This document shows positions 1 to 8,450 of a stretch of DNA of 18,336 nt, in pieces. Origin of the DNA: a bacterium. Its GTDB lineage: Bacteria; Bacillota; Clostridia; TANB77; RGIG9151. The stretch lies in NCBI GenBank assembly GCA_963635575.1, contig CAVHFU010000009.1, positions 22,353 through 40,688 on the forward strand. The letters run 5' to 3'. Below the pieces are notes generated by a model. The model ran no database searches and was not told the origin of the DNA. It worked only from the letters and a program-made list of their open reading frames with translations. Positions within the stretch are counted from its first letter, which is position 1, and every line of letters starts with the position of its first letter. A program made the translations under genes and the position numbers.

Positions 1-9
1 GTATTCATT

Positions 10-873
10 TTATTCCCCTAATTCAAGCATATGATTTGAGTCCTTTATATAAAGTGATGCCGTTATTTTTTGAATAATCATAAAAAATTGTTCTCTAACT
101 TTTTGGGCATTTTCTTCTACTTCTTCATGAGAAAGCTCATAATTTAATATGCCCGCTGCCATATTAGTTATACAAGATAATGCTAAAACCCTAAGTCCGC
201 AATGATGAGCTATAATAGCTTCCGGAACTGTAGACATTCCGACAGCATCAGCCCCTAACGTTCTGAGCATCTTAATTTCAGCCGGAGTCTCATAATTCGG
301 TCCTTGAAGATAGGCATAAACTCCCTCATTAATAGGCAAAGCTATCTCACGTGCAATATCATACATCAAATTTATCAATTTCTTATCATAAACATTAGTC
401 ATATCCGGAAATCTAGTTCCAAACTCATCATAATTCTTACCTCTTAGTGGTGAAACACCTGACAAATTCATATGGTCATTTATTATCATAAAATCACCAG
501 GCACATAATTTAAATTAATGCCACCGGCCGAATTGGTAAGTATTAAATTTTTAACCCCCAATTTATAAAACACTCTTATCGGGAAGGTTATCTGTTCCAT
601 ATCATATCCTTCGTAATAATGTGCTCTTCCATTCATAACAAGAACAGGTGCATAATTTATATGTCCATATACTAGCTCTCCGACATGTTCCTTAACAGTA
701 GTTACTGGGAAATGAGGTATCTCACTAAATGGGATTACTTTCTTATCATCCATTTTTTCAACTATACTATTTAAGCATGAATCAAGTATTATCGCCGTTT
801 CAGGGATAGGATCTCTTATCCTTGCATTAATATAGCTTACTGCCTCTAAATATCTTTCGTAATAAAACATCAT
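10..873 (-). CDS. punA: Purine nucleoside phosphorylase (trimeric PunA type)
   Basis: 287-aa ORF with PNP-family blocks recognised by eye (HFPVTTVKEHVGELVYG, VLVMNGRAHYYEGY, LILTNSAGGIN, GMSTVPEAIIAHHCG). GAGGT Shine-Dalgarno lies upstream of the tandem ATG ATG (873/870). It starts 7 nt after the recX stop, so it is probably co-transcribed. Confidence 0.9.
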   Translation of the reverse strand: MMFYYERYLEAVSYINARIRDPIPETAIILDSCLNSIVEKMDDKKVIPFSEIPHFPVTTVKEHVGELVYGHINYAPVLVMNGRAHYYEGYDMEQITFPIRVFYKLGVKNLILTNSAGGINLNYVPGDFMIINDHMNLSGVSPLRGKNYDEFGTRFPDMTNVYDKKLINLMYDIAREIALPINEGVYAYLQGPNYETPAEIKMLRTLGADAVGMSTVPEAIIAHHCGLRVLALSCITNMAAGILNYELSHEEVEENAQKVREQFFMIIQKITASLYIKDSNHMLELGE

Positions 874-880
874 TATTACC

Positions 881-1336
881 TCACTTAAATTCTTTAATTA
901 CTTTTAATACTTCCTCTAAGGAAAAGCCTTTCCGCACACAATATGCAATTATTTTATTCTTTTCCTCAAAAGATAAGTCATTACTAAATTTTTTCTTTAC
1001 AAGTAGTTTCTCTATTGCGTCAAAATCGCTAAAGCCTACCACTTCAAGATATTTTTCTATAATTTGACCATCAATACCTTTATTTTTCAGTTTTAATTTT
1101 ATCATACTTTTTGAAATTTTTTTACTTTTTTTATTACTTTCAATAAATTTTTTTGTATATTCTTCATCATTTATATATTCTAATTGTTCTAAATCAGCTA
1201 TAACTCGATTTATAATCTCAGTGCTAAATCCGAGTTCTAGCAGTTTATCATAAATTTCTTTACTTGTTCTCATTTTATACATTATGTACTTTATTGCTCT
1301 ATACCGAGCATTTATATATTCAGATGTCTTTTCCAT
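881..1336 (-). CDS. recX: RecA regulator RecX
   Basis: 151-aa helical-repeat protein immediately downstream of recA, the canonical position. It shows RecX-like repeats (A..YI.Y..RT..EI..KL...G; AI..L...KY..D). ATG at 1334-1336. Confidence 0.85.
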   Translation of the reverse strand: MEKTSEYINARYRAIKYIMYKMRTSKEIYDKLLELGFSTEIINRVIADLEQLEYINDEEYTKKFIESNKKSKKISKSMIKLKLKNKGIDGQIIEKYLEVVGFSDFDAIEKLLVKKKFSNDLSFEEKNKIIAYCVRKGFSLEEVLKVIKEFK

Positions 1337-1350
1337 ATTTACCCCCGCCT

Positions 1351-1380
1351 AAAAGAAAGCAGGTGGGGTTTCCCCCACCT
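1351..1380 (-). terminator. Intrinsic terminator/attenuator hairpin between recA and recX
   Basis: On the minus strand: AGGTGGGG-GAAA-CCCCACCT (8-bp GC-rich stem, 1361-1380) followed by GCTTTCTTTT. It sits 16 nt after the recA stop and before the recX RBS. Confidence 0.6.
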
Positions 1381-1395
1381 ACCACTGTATTTATA

Positions 1396-2451
1396 CTATT
1401 CTTCTGTTTCGTTATTTTCCTCTATTTCATTCCCTAAACTGCTTGCAAAAGCTTCATTAAAATTAGCTCTTACTTTCTTTTCAATTTCTTCCATAAGTTT
1501 AGGATTATCTTTTAAATATTGCTTAGCATTATCTCTACCTTGAGCAAGTCTTTGACCCTCATAAGAGAACCAAGCACCGCTTTTATTTATAATATCTAAG
1601 TTTGATGCAATATCTAAGATATTTCCCTCTTTAGATATACCTTCTCCGTACATTATATCAAATTCAGCTTCTCTAAAAGGAGGAGCCACTTTATTTTTAA
1701 CAACTTTAACTTTAGTTCTGTTTCCTATAACCTGATCAGCCCTTTTTAAAGTTTCAACCTTTCTAACATCTAATCTTACTGAAGAGTAGAATTTTAAAGC
1801 CCTACCACCGGGCGTAGTTTCAGGATTTCCAAACATAATTCCAACTTTTTCTCTTAATTGGTTAATGAAAATAACAGTAGTTTTAGATTTATTAATTACA
1901 CCGGTTAACTTTCTTAATGCTTGTGACATAAGTCTCGCTTGAAGTCCTACGAAAGCGTCACCCATTTCACCATCTATTTCAGCTTTTGGAACTAATGCGG
2001 CAACGGAGTCTACAACTACTACATCAACCGCCCCACTTCGTACTAAGGCTTCACAAATCTCTAAGGCCTGTTCGCCTGTATCCGGTTGTGAAACAATTAA
2101 GTTATCTATATTAACTCCCAATTTTTTAGCATACACAGGGTCTAACGCATGCTCAGCATCTATAAACGCAGCCTCTCCGCCCATCTTTTGAGCCTCGGCA
2201 ATTACATGTAAAGCGACAGTAGTTTTACCAGAAGACTCAGGTCCAAAGATTTCTACTACTCTTCCTCTAGGAACACCACCTATGCCAAGTGCAATATCTA
2301 AACTAAGTGAGCCAGTGGGAATAGCTTCTACGTTCATATTAGAAACTTCTCCTAATTTCATTACAGCTCCTTTCCCAAATTGTTTTTCAATTTGAGCCAT
2401 AGCGGCTTCTAATGCTTTTTTTCTTTCTTCGTTAACTGTATTATTAGCCAT
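1396..2451 (-). CDS. recA: Recombinase RecA
   Basis: 351-aa ORF with unmistakable RecA sequence (Walker [52 protein letters not shown]). GGAGGA RBS at about 2456-2461. Confidence 0.98.
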   Translation of the reverse strand: MANNTVNEERKKALEAAMAQIEKQFGKGAVMKLGEVSNMNVEAIPTGSLSLDIALGIGGVPRGRVVEIFGPESSGKTTVALHVIAEAQKMGGEAAFIDAEHALDPVYAKKLGVNIDNLIVSQPDTGEQALEICEALVRSGAVDVVVVDSVAALVPKAEIDGEMGDAFVGLQARLMSQALRKLTGVINKSKTTVIFINQLREKVGIMFGNPETTPGGRALKFYSSVRLDVRKVETLKRADQVIGNRTKVKVVKNKVAPPFREAEFDIMYGEGISKEGNILDIASNLDIINKSGAWFSYEGQRLAQGRDNAKQYLKDNPKLMEEIEKKVRANFNEAFASSLGNEIEENNETEE

Positions 2452-2494
2452 AGTATCCTCCGTTCTGACGCATGTCAGTAATAATCATTCACAT

Positions 2495-2508
2495 TGAACA
2501 TTTGTTCT
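2495..2508 (-). promoter_or_regulatory. LexA (Cheo/DinR) box of recA
   Basis: Minus-strand AGAACAAATGTTCA, a perfect GAAC-N4-GTTC core matching the Firmicute LexA consensus CGAACNNNNGTTCG. It lies immediately downstream of the recA -10 element. Confidence 0.75.
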
Positions 2509-2514
2509 AAAAAG

Positions 2515-2543
2515 ATTATATTTTTATTTTTTCAGTTTGTCAA
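2515..2543 (-). promoter_or_regulatory. Sigma-A promoter of recA
   Basis: Minus strand reads TTGACA (2543-2538), a 17-nt spacer, then TATAAT (2520-2515). Both hexamers and the spacing are perfect consensus. An AT-rich UP-like tract lies upstream. Confidence 0.7.
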
Positions 2544-2745
2544 TATTTTTTCGAAAAAATTTTCGCTTTATTTGACTACATTTTTAATTTATATTAATTT
2601 TAATTTAAAAGCAATACATTTTTCACCTTAATTTTAACTATTTAAATAGAAAAAAGCCAATAAATCAAGGACTATTATTTTCCCTTATTTATCGCCCCTT
2701 TTCGACATCTAAAACCGCAAACATTAGCAATCAATTAAAGTACTT

Positions 2746-4143
2746 TTAGTTGGTGCTCTCACTTGTATTTTCATCTTTGGTTTCCGTATCCTCTTTGCCG
2801 GCATTTGTGCCTTCATCTTCGTCTTTTGTCGTAGCAGACAGTTCTTTTACTTTCACTACTAGTCTTCCTATATTTCCTGCCTCATCTTCTGCTGCAATTG
2901 TATAATCACCTGTTTCAATAGCAGTGAATGTATTATTTTCAATTTTCGTTCCTTCAATCGCTTCGTCAGCATCCACTTTTCCTTTTTTATATGCAATTCT
3001 TCCTATCGAACTTAAACCGTCATCTTTTACTGTTATAGTTACTTGTGACGCAGTAATCTCAACTTTTATAACAGGTACAACTTTATCTATATTACTAACC
3101 TCCGCCACAAACTTTTTTATATGCCCTTCTTTCTCACATTCAAAAATAAACTCACCGTTTTTAGTAAAATCATAATACCTTTTCCCGTTATTATTTATAA
3201 TTTCGTAGTCGCTATCATCTAACTTTAATGTAGCTCTAACATCTGAGTTAGTCCAATTTTTTTCGTCATATTTTATATAACCTAATGTTTGCTCATTATA
3301 AATATCTTCTGATTCTTCAAGCTCCGTCAGCGTAGCTAATCCATCGGTTTTTTCTATGGTAATTATTCCAACCCTCGATGAAATACCTTGACCAATACTA
3401 GTATCACTTATTATAGGAGTACTTTCTCCCACACCGTCCATTACAAAAACTCTGCCTTTTATTTCAGAATTTTTAATTTTTACATCTTCACCATTTATAA
3501 TTAAGCTTCCATCAATAACAACATCGTTATATTTTCCCTCATTATACACACAGTTTATAACCTTATCAAGCATTGCAATTATCTCAGCTCGTGTAACATT
3601 ATTCTTTGGTCTTAATGTTCCGTCCTCATATCCACTAATAAATCCCGCATCAATAAAACCGGCTACAAGTTTCAAATTATCATAGCTTATATCTCCTCCA
3701 TCTACAAATTTACTCGTTAAATATTCGTACGCATTAGTGCCATATGATAAATTAAACAAATTTGCAAAAACAGTCATTGTTTCTTCTCGAGTTGCATAAT
3801 CTCTAGGCCTTATATTTCCATTACTTTCAACCTTTATTATCCCTTTATTTGCAGCAGTGCAAACATCATCAAAAAAATAATCATACTCTGAAATATCAAA
3901 AGCAACCCTCTTATTATTTTTTTCAACAGAATTATTCAATTTATTTGCTATGATAATCAAATCAGCCCTGGTTATATAGTCATTTCCGCGAAATGTTCCA
4001 TCAGGATATCCTGAAATTATTCCTCTAGTTTGCCAACGCCTAACAGAGTCTCTAGCCCAAAAATATGAAGTTTCATCAGTATATCCAAAAGAAGCTGAAA
4101 GTAATAAAGAACCTACTAAAAACGAGATGATTATTTTTTTCAT
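2746..4143 (-). CDS. Secreted cell-wall-anchored protein with three N-terminal SLH domains, a beta-rich middle and Ig-like C-terminal modules
   Basis: The ORF track starts at 4194, but the ATG at 4143 (MKKIIISFLVGSLLLSASFG signal peptide) has a GAAAGGAA RBS and is the likely start. There are three SLH-like units (FWARDSV..GIISGYPDGTFRGNDYITRADL; FFDDV..KGIIKVESNGNIRPRDYATREE; GFIDAGFISGYEDGTLRPKNNVTRAEI). The C-terminal part has a WTNSDV...NIDKVVP Ig-like pattern and an acidic tail. Confidence 0.85.
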   Translation of the reverse strand: MKKIIISFLVGSLLLSASFGYTDETSYFWARDSVRRWQTRGIISGYPDGTFRGNDYITRADLIIIANKLNNSVEKNNKRVAFDISEYDYFFDDVCTAANKGIIKVESNGNIRPRDYATREETMTVFANLFNLSYGTNAYEYLTSKFVDGGDISYDNLKLVAGFIDAGFISGYEDGTLRPKNNVTRAEIIAMLDKVINCVYNEGKYNDVVIDGSLIINGEDVKIKNSEIKGRVFVMDGVGESTPIISDTSIGQGISSRVGIITIEKTDGLATLTELEESEDIYNEQTLGYIKYDEKNWTNSDVRATLKLDDSDYEIINNNGKRYYDFTKNGEFIFECEKEGHIKKFVAEVSNIDKVVPVIKVEITASQVTITVKDDGLSSIGRIAYKKGKVDADEAIEGTKIENNTFTAIETGDYTIAAEDEAGNIGRLVVKVKELSATTKDEDEGTNAGKEDTETKDENTSESTN

Positions 4144-4164
4144 AATAAAATTCCTTTCGCTTAG

Positions 4165-4192
4165 TTTAAAAGGGTGGGATATACCCACCCTC
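4165..4192 (-). terminator. Hairpin terminator after flgE (probably leaky)
   Basis: Minus strand: A-GGGTGGG-TATAT-CCCACCC-T followed by only TTTT then AAAC. It sits in the 63-nt gap between the flgE stop (4207) and the SLH gene ATG (4143). Confidence 0.6.
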
Positions 4193-4206
4193 ATTAATAA
4201 TTTATT

Positions 4207-6105
4207 TTATCTCTTCAAATTAACTAATTCTTGTAACATTTCGTCAGCAGTAGTTATCGTTCTACTATTAGCTTGGAATCCCCTTTGAAAAACTATCATG
4301 TTTGTAAACTCTGTTGACAAATCTACGTTTGACATTTCTAATGTGTTAGACGCCAAACTACCAGCTTCTGCTCCCGGCACAACAGCTGTGAAATCTCCGG
4401 AGTTCGCAGTTTGTGTATATGAACTGTCCCCTACACTTTTTAAGCCTGCTGGATTGTCAAAATGTGCAAGTCCTATCATTCCTAAAGCCTGTTGCTTTCC
4501 GTTTGAGTAAATACCGGTAATAACACCATCATTACCTATGCTATATTCTTGTAACTTTCCTGTCGGATAACCATTCGACTTATAAACAGACGCCGAGTCT
4601 TTAGCTGCATATTGAGTTAAAGCCGAAAAGTCAAAATTAACCTTTGCTGTATTATCAGGTTTGTTATCATAATTAACATCTAGTGCCAACTTAAAATCTC
4701 CAACTCTATTCCCAACACCATCAGTCAAAGACACCACTTTACCATAATCATCAGATTCATTATCACCATTTCCAAAAACAACTTCTCCGGTGATTGGATT
4801 ACCTAATGCATCTTTTACTGGCTCGTCATTTACTGTGATAGTATATGTCCAAGCGTTTATAGAAAGTTGTGTATCATCATCTAAAACTTTCAATGCTCCT
4901 GTTGTAGTTGATGAAACTTCTGTATATCCTACTACTTCGGTTTCACTTTCAACCTTAACATACTTTCCAGCAGCAATCCCACAATCTGCAGTATCAATTG
5001 TGGTAACACCATAAGGTATTACATAACTTCCCTCTTCGTAATCTCCTACAGTATAGCCATTTGCTGCTGTAGCTTCAATTATCATATTCCCAGTACCATC
5101 TGGAACAACAAACTTTCCGTCAGCATCATACCCACCAACTGTTCCGTTGTTAGCTGCACCTTCTTCAACTATGTCAGTTAAAGTCAGCCCTTCGGGTACT
5201 ACATATTTTTCATTAACAACAGTCCCTGGAGTAAATCCATTTGCACCAGTAGCTTCAATTGTTCTTCCTGTGTAAGCCGTAGGAATAGAATAAAACTCTC
5301 CACTCACAACTTCCGTATAATAAGTATTAGTCTTATTAACAGGTTTTACATAAGTTCCACTTGTAAGACCTACTGTAAGTTGATTATTAGCATCCTTTAT
5401 AATAGTATTGGAATTGGATAAGTTTTCTTTTTTCACCAATTTTAAGTTTGCTTGTACTTCATAACCGTAATTATCATATAAACTCATAGGTATATTTACG
5501 GTATCATCAGTTTTACTATTTGCATTTAAATTCCCAGAAAACTCAACATCAGTTGTCGCCTGTGGCTTAATGGTTCTTTTATCTCCATTATATTCGTCCA
5601 TATAAACATTTATAGGTTCAACATCCATTGTCGAATCAAAACCATCAGCTTCAATCGCATCTTCAGACTGTGTTTTCTTTGTCCATCCACAAACTAATGC
5701 ACCTGTAGATGTTATCAAATTTCCTTCTTTATCTATACCAAAAGCTCCCGCTCTGGTAAAAGTATAACTAGACAAATCGCTCTCTTTAACTATAAACAAA
5801 CCATTTCCATCAATAGAAACATCAAGCGGGTTATCTGTTCTTTCTATATTACCGCCCGTATAAAGCATATCTATACTTGCAATCCCTGCACCCATACCAA
5901 TTTGCATAGGATTTGTGCCGCCAGTTCCAGTATCACTGTTAGGTGCTGTGGCATTTGCAACAGTACTAGAAAACACCGAACTGAATGTTACTCTAGAAGC
6001 TTTAAATCCAGTTGTGTTTACGTTTGAAATATTATTGCCTATAACGTCCATTGCAGTCTGGTGATTTCTAAGTCCTGAAATACCAGACATCATTGATCTT
6101 ATCAT
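4207..6105 (-). CDS. flgE: Flagellar hook protein FlgE (enlarged, 632 aa)
   Basis: N-terminal rod/hook signature MSGISGLRNHQTAMDVIGNNISNVNTTGFKASR and C-terminal LEMSNVDLSTEFTNMIVFQRGFQANSRTITTADEMLQELVNL. GGAGGA RBS lies 9 nt upstream of the ATG at 6105. Confidence 0.95.
   Translation of the reverse strand: MIRSMMSGISGLRNHQTAMDVIGNNISNVNTTGFKASRVTFSSVFSSTVANATAPNSDTGTGGTNPMQIGMGAGIASIDMLYTGGNIERTDNPLDVSIDGNGLFIVKESDLSSYTFTRAGAFGIDKEGNLITSTGALVCGWTKKTQSEDAIEADGFDSTMDVEPINVYMDEYNGDKRTIKPQATTDVEFSGNLNANSKTDDTVNIPMSLYDNYGYEVQANLKLVKKENLSNSNTIIKDANNQLTVGLTSGTYVKPVNKTNTYYTEVVSGEFYSIPTAYTGRTIEATGANGFTPGTVVNEKYVVPEGLTLTDIVEEGAANNGTVGGYDADGKFVVPDGTGNMIIEATAANGYTVGDYEEGSYVIPYGVTTIDTADCGIAAGKYVKVESETEVVGYTEVSSTTTGALKVLDDDTQLSINAWTYTITVNDEPVKDALGNPITGEVVFGNGDNESDDYGKVVSLTDGVGNRVGDFKLALDVNYDNKPDNTAKVNFDFSALTQYAAKDSASVYKSNGYPTGKLQEYSIGNDGVITGIYSNGKQQALGMIGLAHFDNPAGLKSVGDSSYTQTANSGDFTAVVPGAEAGSLASNTLEMSNVDLSTEFTNMIVFQRGFQANSRTITTADEMLQELVNLKR
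4996..5310 (-). repeat. Internal protein-level repeats inside the FlgE variable region
   Basis: An aromatic-V/I-x-P-x-G motif recurs about every 30 aa (FYSIPTAYT ~271, YVVPEGLT ~301, FVVPDGTG ~332, YVIPYGVT ~361). A longer ~60-aa duplication is also visible (RTIEATGANGFTPGTVVNEKYVVPEGLT vs MIIEATAANGYTVGDYEEGSYVIPYGVT). Confidence 0.55.
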
Positions 6106-6146
6106 ATGTAAAATTCCTCCTTAAAGAGGTGCAAAAAATAACCGTC

Positions 6147-6536
6147 CTATGCTATCACTGCCCCGTCAATATTTGTGAAAACATTATTTTTCATTTCGTC
6201 CTTATTCATAACCGTAACAACATTTTTCTCTTTTACATTAACTACGAAAGCAATATCATCCAACATAATTAATGAATCTTTAACATTCTTCTCTCCCGCT
6301 TTATTAATAGCGTCATTTAACTTACCCTTTTGCTCATCGGTAAGACTAATATTTCTTGTTTGCAACCTGCTCTCCGCATGTTTTGAAAACTTAACTTCCT
6401 TATTTTCAAAAAGCTTTTTGGCAAAAATATCTTCAAAATTAGAGTTAGGTCTTGTAACATTGTGAGCTGACTGACTACCCGAAGTAATATTTCCTATACC
6501 ACCAACTCCGGGAATTATTCTATTATTTATTATCAT
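6147..6536 (-). CDS. Small flagellar operon protein (TIGR02530 flg_new-like)
   Basis: It sits between flgD and flgE, as in many Clostridia and spirochetes. It carries the characteristic FSKHAESRLQTRNI block. The track ORF starts at a GTG (6545), but the ATG at 6536 lies 5 nt after GGGGTGG and is preferred. Confidence 0.65.
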   Translation of the reverse strand: MIINNRIIPGVGGIGNITSGSQSAHNVTRPNSNFEDIFAKKLFENKEVKFSKHAESRLQTRNISLTDEQKGKLNDAINKAGEKNVKDSLIMLDDIAFVVNVKEKNVVTVMNKDEMKNNVFTNIDGAVIA

Positions 6537-6576
6537 CCAATCCACCCCATAGTTTGCTTATGCTATTTCCCCTTTT

Positions 6577-7068
6577 TCATACATTACCTTCAATATCACT
6601 ACTTCCATTTTCTGTTGTATTGCTATTTCCTTTCACTAATTCGTTTAGTATATTAACTAATACTTGTAACTCTTCTGCAACATCTGTAACTTTATATATG
6701 TCATCAATATCCACACTAGTACCATCTATAACGGCGTATGAAGTATCCCCCGCTTTTACAACACTCTCTATATACCCCTCGATTGTGTCCGCTCCGTATT
6801 CAGCGGTAGCATACTTACCAACCAATGAATAAGACATAAAATCAGAAAAAGTATTATTCAAATTTTGCATCTGCTCTAGAGATGAAAATTGTGCCATTTG
6901 TGCTATAAATTCGGTATCACTAGAAGGATCTAGGGGATCCTGATATTGCAACTGAGTAACCAACAAATTTAAAAACTCATCTTTACCTAAACTACTAACA
7001 TTAGTTTTCTCCTCAGTATATTCGCTTGGGGTTACCGCAAAACTACTGCTAACACCGTCAACCGCCAT
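6577..7068 (-). CDS. flgD: Flagellar hook assembly/capping protein FlgD
   Basis: 163 aa with the conserved FlgD N-terminal block LGKDEFLNLLVTQLQYQDPLDP...FIAQMAQFSSLEQM. AGGAGGA RBS upstream, in the canonical position after fliK. Confidence 0.9.
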   Translation of the reverse strand: MAVDGVSSSFAVTPSEYTEEKTNVSSLGKDEFLNLLVTQLQYQDPLDPSSDTEFIAQMAQFSSLEQMQNLNNTFSDFMSYSLVGKYATAEYGADTIEGYIESVVKAGDTSYAVIDGTSVDIDDIYKVTDVAEELQVLVNILNELVKGNSNTTENGSSDIEGNV

Positions 7069-7092
7069 ATCACACGTCCTCCTATCTAAAAA

Positions 7093-8403
7093 CTATGCCG
7101 AAAAACTAACAGTACTGTCCGGCCAATAATGCGCCAAATTTTCGTCATTTACATCTTCATATATCTCCCCATCAACGGAATATGAATTGCTTTCAATTCT
7201 ATTAATTCTACTATGCCTGTTAAACACACCGAAATTTCTTCCTTCAAACATTTGGCGTTCCCTATTATCATTTCCAACAGAGACACTCATCTCTTGAAGT
7301 GCCATCCCTTGCTTAGCCAATTGGTCTTTTAATTCTTGCATATTAGATTCTAAAATCTCTTTAACCTTCTGACTTTCAGCTAAAAATTTAGCAGATATAT
7401 TTCCATTTTCTACTGAAATTTGCATTGTAACTTTTCCTAAATTATCAGGTTTAAGTTTAATAAGCATCTCTGATTTATCTTCGAGTATATTAACCTCAAC
7501 CTTCTCAGTAATCTGCTTTAATACGTCAATTTGCTCTTGTAATTTATCAGCCTTACTCATTATTATATTATTTGTACCTGATATATCAAACTTTGGAATT
7601 TCTATATCCTCATTTTTAACGTCCATTTCTGTCATATTAAACTCATCATTAAACGTCTTGTTTCCTCTAAAATCCGTTATTTTAACCTTACTTTCCTTAT
7701 TTTTAACAGTCTTATCTTCTACGTCTCTATTATTTACATAGCTAACATCTTCATTAATATCGACAAACGAAAAATCATCTTCCCCATTTTCCGTCTCGGA
7801 AGACTCTTTCTCTTTCACTTCATCTGTCTTTATTTCATTATCAACATATTCAGTTTCCTCATTGGTTCTTCCTAGCTTCTCCGACAAAGAATCCAATTTA
7901 CTTTCCAACTTCTCAAATTCATTTAACGTTATTTTCTCCGTTTCCACGCTTTGTGGGCCAACTTCGTCAACATTTTCTCCTAATCCTATGTTTTCATATT
8001 CCTGTAAATCTACGTCCTTAACCTCAACGTCTATCTTTTCAACTTCCTCAACCTTAATATCTAAATCCTGTTCATTTTTAACGTTCTCTAATCTCTGCTC
8101 TATCAATCCATTAATTTTTTTCGTCTCATTTTCTTCACTGTCTTCAACTTTTTTTTCATCCTTTTTATCTTTTCTCTTTACAGCCTTCTTATCAACATCC
8201 TCGTTTTCATCCGTCTTTATCTTTTCAGTATCTTCTTTTTTAACATCCTTATTTACTTTATTATCTTCACTTTTTACATCTTTCATATTCTTAGACAATA
8301 CATCCTTAAAATCAGAATCCTTTTTTACTAAAACGTCCTTGGGAGGTTCACTCTTAACACTGTACCCAACATTAAACATCCTTGTAATCAAGGCGGCATC
8401 CAT
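7093..8403 (-). CDS. fliK: Flagellar hook-length control protein FliK
   Basis: C-terminal Flg_hook-type domain (LKPDNLGKVTMQISVENGNISAKFLAESQKVKEILESNMQELKDQLAKQGMALQEMSV), preceded by a long K/E/D-rich low-complexity region. The track start at 8415 is a GTG; the ATG at 8403 lies 6 nt after GGAAGGTGGTG and is preferred. Confidence 0.85.
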   Translation of the reverse strand: MDAALITRMFNVGYSVKSEPPKDVLVKKDSDFKDVLSKNMKDVKSEDNKVNKDVKKEDTEKIKTDENEDVDKKAVKRKDKKDEKKVEDSEENETKKINGLIEQRLENVKNEQDLDIKVEEVEKIDVEVKDVDLQEYENIGLGENVDEVGPQSVETEKITLNEFEKLESKLDSLSEKLGRTNEETEYVDNEIKTDEVKEKESSETENGEDDFSFVDINEDVSYVNNRDVEDKTVKNKESKVKITDFRGNKTFNDEFNMTEMDVKNEDIEIPKFDISGTNNIIMSKADKLQEQIDVLKQITEKVEVNILEDKSEMLIKLKPDNLGKVTMQISVENGNISAKFLAESQKVKEILESNMQELKDQLAKQGMALQEMSVSVGNDNRERQMFEGRNFGVFNRHSRINRIESNSYSVDGEIYEDVNDENLAHYWPDSTVSFSA

Positions 8404-8450
8404 ACCTATCACCACCTTCCGAAATTCTATACATCCTTCTTACTCTACAC

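Noticed and set aside
2638-2649. Perfect 12-bp palindrome CTATTTAAATAG downstream of the SLH gene
   Set aside because: It is composed almost entirely of A/T within a very AT-rich spacer. The loop is too small for a hairpin terminator, and I recognise no matching operator family.
4144-4194. N-terminal extensions in the ORF track (SLH 4194, flg_new 6545, fliK 8415, membrane protein 12041, dpaB 14007, sleB 17989)
   Set aside because: Four use non-ATG codons (GTG at 6545 and 8415, TTG at 12041) or lie inside the RBS of a better-placed downstream ATG (14007, 17989). The 4194 start would place 17 aa ahead of the signal peptide and span the flgE terminator hairpin. I moved all six starts to the downstream ATG with a proper Shine-Dalgarno.
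4207-4300. Second sigma-28-like -10 (AACGATAA on the minus strand) inside the flgE 3' end, as a possible own promoter for the SLH gene
   Set aside because: No TAAA-type -35 lies at the correct distance, and the -10 itself has a mismatch at a conserved position.
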